A stretch of DNA of 64,000 nucleotides from the human T2T-CHM13v2.0 reference genome, Homo sapiens. Numbering within the stretch: position 1 is the first letter of the stretch; each line of letters opens with the position of its first letter. This document shows positions 56,001 to 64,000 of the stretch, piece after piece. The notes beneath the pieces were generated by a model that made no database searches, had not been told where the DNA came from, and saw only the letters and a program-made list of their open reading frames with translations. The stretch is from NCBI RefSeq assembly GCF_009914755.1, contig NC_060948.1. One strand, 5' to 3'. A program made the position numbers and the translations under genes.

Positions 56001-56646
56001 TGGAGTCGAATGAAATGGAATTGAAAGGAATGGGATCGAATACAATGGAATATACTGGAATGTAATGTAATGAACTCGAATGTAATTGACTGGAATGGAA
56101 TGTACATGAATGGAATGTAATCGAATGGAAAGTAATCCAATGGAATAGAATCTAATGCAATAAAATCGACTCAGATAGAGTAGAATGTAATGGAATGGAG
56201 TGCAGTGCCATGGAATGGAATGGAATGGAATGCAATGGAATGGAATGGAATGCAATGGAATGGAATGGAATGGGATGGAATGGGATGGAATGGTGTGGAA
56301 TGGATAGTAATGGACTGGAGTGAAATGGACTGGAAAGGAATGGACTCAAATTGAAAGGGCTCGAAAGGAATGGAGTCAAATGGAATGGTCTGGATTGGAA
56401 TGAACACGAATGTAATGCAATCCAATAGAATGGAATCGAATGGCATGGAATATAAAGAAATGGAATCGAAGAGAATGGAAACAAATGGAATGGAATTGAA
56501 TGGAATGGAATTGAATGGAATGGGAACGAATGGAGTGAAATTGTATGCAGTAGAAGAGAATAGAATGGAATGCAAGCGAAAGGAAAGGAATGGATTGGAA
56601 TGGAATGGAATTCATTGGAATGGAAGGGAATGTAGTGTAATGGACA
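53078..56646. repeat. DYZ1 unit 16 (3569 bp)
   Basis: 3564 + 5 (variable tract). Confidence 0.92.
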
Positions 56647-59600
56647 GGCCTGGAATAAAGTGGAATGCTACGGTCTCGAATGGAATAAAAATGTATGGAA
56701 TGGAATGCAATGAAACGGAATCGAATGTCATAGAATGTAATGGAATGCAAAAAAATGGAATCCAAAATCATTGACTGGAAAGGCTGGGTGTCGAAAGGAA
56801 TTGACTCCAATGGAATGGAATCGAATGGAATGGAAGAGAATAGAATCGAACTAAATCGAATGGAATGGAATTGATAGGAACGGAATGGAAAGGAATGCAA
56901 TCATTTGGCATGGAATGGAATCGAATGGCATCGAATGGAATGGAATGGAATGCAATGGAATGGAATGTATTAGAATGTAATGAACTTTAATGGAATGTAC
57001 TCGAATGGAATCGACTGGAATGGAATGTTCTGGAAGTGAATGGACTCCAATGGAATGGATTCAAAAGGAATGGAATCGTACGGAATGGAATCTAATGGAA
57101 TGGAATTAAATGGAAATGAATCAAACTGAATAGAACGGAATTGAATTGAATGGAATCGAATGCAATGGAATCTAATGAAACGGAAAGGAAAGGAATGGAA
57201 TGGAATGGAATGGGCTGGAATGGAAAGGAATCGAAACGAATGGAATGGAATCGAACTGAAGAGACTGGAATGGAATGCACTGGATGGAAGGGAGTGTAAT
57301 GGAAGGTTCTCGAAAAAAATGGAATCGAATGGAATGGAATTGAATGGAACGGAATAGAGTCGAATGGAATTGAATGGAATGGAATGGACTAGAGTGAAAT
57401 GGAATCGAACCACAAGGAATGGACAGGAATAGAACGGTCTCGAATTGAATGGAATCGTATGGAATGGCATCAAACGGAATGGAATGGACAGCCACGGAAT
57501 GGAATGCACTCGAATGCAATGGAGTCGAAACTAATGGACTGGAATAGAATGGACTCGACTGGTACGGACTCCAATGGAATGGAATCGAATGGAAGGGAAT
57601 CGAACGGAATGGACTCGAAGGGAAAAGACTGCAATGGAAAGGTCTCGAATGGAATGGAAATTAATGGAATGGAATGGAATCGAATGAAATGGAGTCAAAA
57701 GGAATGGAATCGAATGGCAAGAAAACGAATGTAATGGAATCGCAAGGAATTGATGTGAACGGAACGGAATGGAATGGAATCCAAAGGAATGGAATAGAAT
57801 GGAATGGAATCGAATGGAAAGGACTCGAATGGAAATCACTCGAATAGAATGCAATTTAATAAAATAGGACCAAATGTAATGGAATGGAATGGAAAGGAAT
57901 CGAAACGAAAGGAATGGAGACAGATGGAATGGAATGGAACAGAGAGCAATGGTATAGAATGGAATGGAATCATCTGGAATGGAATTGAATGGAATGGAAT
58001 AACATGAAATGGACTGGAATGGAATGGAATGCCCTTGAATTAAATGGACTGGAATGGAATGGACTCGAACAGAGTGGAATGGAAAGTGTTGAAATAGAAT
58101 GGAATGGACTGGTTTGGAATGGTCTAGTATGCAATGCAATCGACTGGCAGGGAATCAAAAGGAATGTAATCGAATGGATTGGACTGGAATGCAATGGACT
58201 CGAATAGATTGGAAACGGAATGCAAAGGAATGGAATGGAATAGTATGGAATGGAATGGAAAGGAATGGAGTGGAATAGACTAGAGTGGAATGGAATGGAC
58301 TCGAAAGCAATGGACTGGAATGGAACTTTCTTGAATGGACTGGAATCAAACGGAATGGAATGCAATGCAATCAAATGGCATGGAATAAAATAGAATGAAA
58401 GAGAATCAAATGGAATTGAATCGAATGGAATCGAATGGATTGGAAAGGAATAGAATGGAATGGAATGGAATTGACTCAAATGGAATGGACTAGAATGGAA
58501 TGGATTCGAATGGAAGGCAAAGGAATGGAATCTATTGGAATGGACTGTAATGGAATGCAATGGAAGGGATTGGAATGGACTCGAATGGAATGGACTGCAA
58601 TAGAAAGGATTCGAATGGAATGAAAAAGAATTGAATGGAATAGAACAGAATGGAATCAAATCGAATGAAATGGAATGGAATAGAAAGGAATGGAATGAAA
58701 TGGAATGGAAAGGATTCGAATGGAATGCAATCGAATGGAATGTAATCGAACGCAATGGAATAAAATGGAAGAAAACTGGCAAGAAATGGAATCGAAATGA
58801 ATGGAGTGTTATGGAACGGACTCAAAAGGAATTGAATGTAATAGAATGGAGTGGAGTGGACTCGAATATAATGGACTGGAATGGAATGAAATCACATGGA
58901 ATGGGAACGAATGGAATGGAATGGAAAGGAATGGAATCGAATGGAAAGGAATCGAATGGAAGGGAATGAAATTGAATCAACAGGAATGGAAGGGAATAGA
59001 ATAGACGGTAATGGAATGGACTCGAATAGAATGGACACAAATGCTCAAATTGAATGGACTCGAATGGAATGGAAACGAAAGGAATGTCATCGAATGGAAT
59101 TGAATCGATTGGAATGAAATAGCATAGAATGGAGTGGAATCAAATGGAATTGAATCGAAAGGAAAGGAAGCGAATGGACTGAAATGAAATGGAATGGAAT
59201 TGAATGGAAAGTTATGTAATGGAATAGAATGGAACGAAATTTCACAGGATGCAATCAAACTGAATGGAATCAAATCAATGGAATCAAATCAAATGGAATG
59301 GAAAGGAATTGAATGGAGTAGATTGGATTGGATGGGATTGGAATGAAATGTACTGGAAAGGACTCGAATTTCATGAAACGGAATGGAATGAATTGGAACG
59401 GAACGGACTCGAATGGAATGGAATGTCATGGAATGGCATCAAATGGAATGGCATCAAATGGAATGGAATCGAATGCAATGGAGTGCTATGGAATGGAATG
59501 GAATGCATTGGAATGGAATGTCCTCTAATGGAATGGATTCGAGTGGAATGGAATCGAATATAATGGAGTCGAATGAAATGGAATTGAAAGGAATGGGATC

Positions 59601-60189
59601 GAATACAATGGAATATACTGGAATGTAATGTAATGAACTCGAATGTAATTGACTGGAATGGAATGTATATGAATGGAATGTAATTGAATGGAAAGTAATC
59701 CAATGGAATAGAATCTAATGCAATAAAATCGACTCAGATAGAGTAGAATGTAATGGAATGGAGTGCAGTGCAATGGAATGGAATGGAATGGAATGCAATG
59801 GAATGGAATGGAATGGAATGGAATGGGATGGAATGGTGTGGAATGGATAGTAATGGACTGGAGTGAAATGGACTGGAAAGGAATGGACTCAAATTGAAAG
59901 GGCTCGAAAGGAATGGAGTCAAATGGAATGGTCTGGATTGGAATGAACACGAATGTAATGCAATCCAATAGAATGGAATCGAATGGCATGGAATATAAAG
60001 AAATGGAATCGAAGAGAATGGAAACAAATGGAATGGAATTGAATGGAATGGAATTGAATGGAATGGGAACGAATGGAGTGAAATTGTATGCAGTAGAAGA
60101 GAATAGAATGGAATGCAAGCGAAAGGAAAGGAATGGATTGGAATGGAATGGAATTCATTGGAATGGAAGGGAATGTAGTGTAATGGACA
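56647..60189. repeat. DYZ1 unit 17 (3543 bp)
   Basis: 3564 - 1 (CACTGGATGG, ~57284) - 5 (~58020) - 15 (variable tract). Confidence 0.92.
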
Positions 60190-63100
60190 GGCCTGGAATA
60201 AAGTGGAATGCTACGGTCTCGAATGGAATAAAAATGTATGGAATGGAATGCAATGAAACGGAATCGAATGTCATAGAATGTAATGGAATGCAAAAAAATG
60301 GAATCCAAAATCATTGACTGGAAAGGCTGGGTGTCGAAAGGAATTGACTCCAATGGAATGGAATCGAATGGAATGGAAGAGAATAGAATCGAACTAAATC
60401 GAATGGAATGGAATTGATAGGAACGGAATGGAAAGGAATGCAATCATTTGGCATGGAATGGAATCGAATGGCATCGAATGGAATGGAATGGAATGCAATG
60501 GAATGGAATGTATTAGAATGTAATGAACTTTAATGGAATGTACTCGAATGGAATCGACTGGAATGGAATGTTCTGGAAGTGAATGGACTCCAATGGAATG
60601 GATTCAAAAGGAATGGAATCGTACGGAATGGAATCTAATGGAATGGAATTAAATGGAAATGAATCAAACTGAATAGAACGGAATTGAATTGAATGGAATC
60701 GAATGCAATGGAATCTAATGAAACGGAAAGGAAAGGAATGGAATGGAATGGAATGGGCTGGAATGGAAAGGAATCGAAACGAATGGAATGGAATCGAACT
60801 GAAGAGACTGGAATGGAATGCACTGGATGGAAGGGAGTGTAATGGAAGGTTCTCGAAAAAAATGGAATCGAATGGAATGGAATTGAATGGAACGGAATAG
60901 AGTCGAATGGAATTGAATGGAATGGAATGGACTAGAGTGAAATGGAATCGAACCACAAGGAATGGACAGGAATAGAACGGTCTCGAATTGAATGGAATCG
61001 TATGGAATGGCATCAAACGGAATGGAATGGACAGCCACGGAATGGAATGCACTCGAATGCAATGGAGTCGAAACTAATGGACTGGAATAGAATGGACTCG
61101 ACTGGTACGGACTCCAATGGAATGGAATCGAATGGAAGGGAATCGAACGGAATGGACTCGAAGGGAAAAGACTGCAATGGAAAGGTCTCGAATGGAATGG
61201 AAATTAATGGAATGGAATGGAATCGAATGAAATGGAGTCAAAAGGAATGGAATCGAATGGCAAGAAAACGAATGTAATGGAATCGCAAGGAATTGATGTG
61301 AACGGAACGGAATGGAATGGAATCCAAAGGAATGGAATAGAATGGAATGGAATCGAATGGAAAGGACTCGAATGGAAATCACTCGAATAGAATGCAATTT
61401 AATAAAATAGGACCAAATGTAATGGAATGGAATGGAAAGGAATCGAAACGAAAGGAATGGAGACAGATGGAATGGAATGGAACAGAGAGCAATGGTATAG
61501 AATGGAATGGAATCATCTGGAATGGAATTGAATGGAATGGAATAACATGAAATGGACTGGAATGGAATGGAATGCCCTTGAATTAAATGGACTGGAATGG
61601 AATGGACTCGAACAGAGTGGAATGGAAAGTGTTGAAATAGAATGGAATGGACTGGTTTGGAATGGTCTAGTATGCAATGCAATCGACTGGCAGGGAATCA
61701 AAAGGAATGTAATCGAATGGATTGGACTGGAATGCAATGGACTCGAATAGATTGGAAACGGAATGCAAAGGAATGGAATGGAATAGTATGGAATGGAATG
61801 GAAAGGAATGGAGTGGAATAGACTAGAGTGGAATGGAATGGACTCGAAAGCAATGGACTGGAATGGAACTTTCTTGAATGGACTGGAATCAAACGGAATG
61901 GAATGCAATGCAATCAAATGGCATGGAATAAAATAGAATGAAAGAGAATCAAATGGAATTGAATCGAATGGAATCGAATGGATTGGAAAGGAATAGAATG
62001 GAATGGAATGGAATTGACTCAAATGGAATGGACTAGAATGGAATGGATTCGAATGGAAGGCAAAGGAATGGAATCTATTGGAATGGACTGTAATGGAATG
62101 CAATGGAAGGGATTGGAATGGACTCGAATGGAATGGACTGCAATAGAAAGGATTCGAATGGAATGAAAAAGAATTGAATGGAATAGAACAGAATGGAATC
62201 AAATCGAATGAAATGGAATGGAATAGAAAGGAATGGAATGAAATGGAATGGAAAGGATTCGAATGGAATGCAATCGAATGGAATGTAATCGAACGCAATG
62301 GAATAAAATGGAAGAAAACTGGCAAGAAATGGAATCGAAATGAATGGAGTGTTATGGAACGGACTCAAAAGGAATTGAATGTAATAGAATGGAGTGGAGT
62401 GGACTCGAATATAATGGACTGGAATGGAATGAAATCACATGGAATGGGAACGAATGGAATGGAATGGAAAGGAATGGAATCGAATGGAAAGGAATCGAAT
62501 GGAAGGGAATGAAATTGAATCAACAGGAATGGAAGGGAATAGAATAGACGGTAATGGAATGGACTCGAATAGAATGGACACAAATGCTCAAATTGAATGG
62601 ACTCGAATGGAATGGAAACGAAAGGAATGTCATCGAATGGAATTGAATCGATTGGAATGAAATAGCATAGAATGGAGTGGAATCAAATGGAATTGAATCG
62701 AAAGGAAAGGAAGCGAATGGACTGAAATGAAATGGAATGGAATTGAATGGAAAGTTATGTAATGGAATAGAATGGAACGAAATTTCACAGGATGCAATCA
62801 AACTGAATGGAATCAAATCAATGGAATCAAATCAAATGGAATGGAAAGGAATTGAATGGAGTAGATTGGATTGGATGGGATTGGAATGAAATGTACTGGA
62901 AAGGACTCGAATTTCATGAAACGGAATGGAATGAATTGGAACGGAACGGACTCGAATGGAATGGAATGTCATGGAATGGCATCAAATGGAATGGCATCAA
63001 ATGGAATGGAATCGAATGCAATGGAGTGCTATGGAATGGAATGGAATGCATTGGAATGGAATGTCCTCTAATGGAATGGATTCGAGTGGAATGGAATCGA

Positions 63101-63732
63101 ATATAATGGAGTCGAATGAAATGGAATTGAAAGGAATGGGATCGAATACAATGGAATATACTGGAATGTAATGTAATGAACTCGAATGTAATTGACTGGA
63201 ATGGAATGTATATGAATGGAATGTAATTGAATGGAAAGTAATCCAATGGAATAGAATCTAATGCAATAAAATCGACTCAGATAGAGTAGAATGTAATGGA
63301 ATGGAGTGCAGTGCAATGGAATGGAATGGAATGGAATGCAATGGAATGGAATGGAATGGAATGGAATGGGATGGAATGGTGTGGAATGGATAGTAATGGA
63401 CTGGAGTGAAATGGACTGGAAAGGAATGGACTCAAATTGAAAGGGCTCGAAAGGAATGGAGTCAAATGGAATGGTCTGGATTGGAATGAACACGAATGTA
63501 ATGCAATCCAATAGAATGGAATCGAATGGCATGGAATATAAAGAAATGGAATCGAAGAGAATGGAAACAAATGGAATGGAATTGAATGGAATGGAATTGA
63601 ATGGAATGGGAACGAATGGAGTGAAATTGTATGCAGTAGAAGAGAATAGAATGGAATGCAAGCGAAAGGAAAGGAATGGATTGGAATGGAATGGAATTCA
63701 TTGGAATGGAAGGGAATGTAGTGTAATGGACA
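60190..63732. repeat. DYZ1 unit 18 (3543 bp, apparently identical to unit 17)
   Basis: Same indels and private substitutions as unit 17; ORF-track translations are identical at an offset of 3543. Confidence 0.92.
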
Positions 63733-64000
63733 GGCCTGGAATAAAGTGGAATGCTACGGTCTCGAATGGAATAAAAATGTATGGAATGGAATGCAATGAA
63801 ACGGAATCGAATGTCATAGAATGTAATGGAATGCAAAAAAATGGAATCCAAAATCATTGACTGGAAAGGCTGGGTGTCGAAAGGAATTGACTCCAATGGA
63901 ATGGAATCGAATGGAATGGAAGAGAATAGAATCGAACTAAATCGAATGGAATGGAATTGATAGGAACGGAATGGAAAGGAATGCAATCATTTGGCATGGA
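63733..64000. repeat. DYZ1 unit 19 (partial, truncated by window end)
   Basis: Starts at GGCC 63733 and carries the unit 17/18 markers GGAAGAGAATAG and CAATCATTTGG. Confidence 0.9.

Larger units (their letters stand above)
1..64000. repeat. DYZ1: Human satellite III array, DYZ1 (Yq12 heterochromatin), ~18 tandem copies of the ~3.56 kb unit, all in one orientation (GGAAT strand on +)
   Basis: Diverged GGAAT pentamers throughout. GGCC (within AGGCCT) at 3280, 6843, 10391, 13934, 17478, 21037, 24581, 28179, 31758, 35302, 38881, 42430, 45974, 49524, 53078, 56647, 60190, 63733; mean spacing ~3556 bp. GAATTC lies 39 bp upstream of each site (e.g. 3241, 6804, 10352). A 3564 bp base unit with single HaeIII/EcoRI sites matches the known DYZ1 repeat. 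Assignment is by recognition, not by database search. Confidence 0.96.

Noticed and set aside
39-63986. Hundreds of ORFs (MEWNG-rich on +, IPFHS-rich on -), up to 418 aa at 601-1857
   Set aside because: Pure (GGAAT)n and (ATTCC)n contain no stop codon in any frame, so long low-complexity ORFs are expected. They overlap in all frames, have no recognisable domain and are freely broken between units.
1-64000. CRISPR-like repeat/spacer array or diversity-generating cassette system
   Set aside because: No constant repeat separated by unique spacers and no associated genes. The diverged stretches are the same in every unit.
1-64000. HSat2, alpha satellite, telomeric repeat, DYZ2 or Alu/L1 insertions
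   Set aside because: No HSat2-type CATTCGATTC/ATGATG periodic pattern, no 171-bp monomers, no TTAGGG, no AT-rich or Alu block. All unit lengths are explained by small indels, leaving no room for an insertion.
1-64000. Annotating the reported DYZ1-derived non-coding transcripts (testis or stress-induced)
   Set aside because: Such transcripts are reported for the family, but no start, end or splice structure can be assigned to a unit from sequence alone.
1-64000. A strict 2-, 3- or 4-unit higher-order repeat across the whole window
   Set aside because: Unit lengths and markers do not repeat with any constant period; sharing at offsets 1, 3, 4 and 8 is local and mosaic.

Overview
The whole 64 kb window is one uninterrupted, single-orientation array of human satellite III, with diverged (GGAAT)n pentamers on the + strand and (ATTCC)n on the - strand. 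It is organised into about 18 tandem copies of a ~3.56 kb higher-order unit. Each unit carries one HaeIII/StuI site (AGGCCT) and, 39 bp upstream of the GGCC, one EcoRI site. All 17 complete unit lengths (3543-3598 bp) can be derived from a 3564 bp base unit by the indels visible in the sequence. This matches DYZ1, the HSat3 repeat of human Yq12 heterochromatin. I see no genes, RNA genes, transposons, DYZ2 blocks or inversions; every listed ORF is a translation artefact of the pentamer. I found no novel protein-coding system. The points of interest are the array's architecture (recent one-unit duplications, a three-unit subfamily, a possible 8-unit ~28.5 kb relationship, one hypervariable tract, indels in multiples of 5 and 15 bp) and up to three perfect heat-shock elements per unit, one of them invariant in all 18 copies. 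All counts were made by eye and should be confirmed by alignment.
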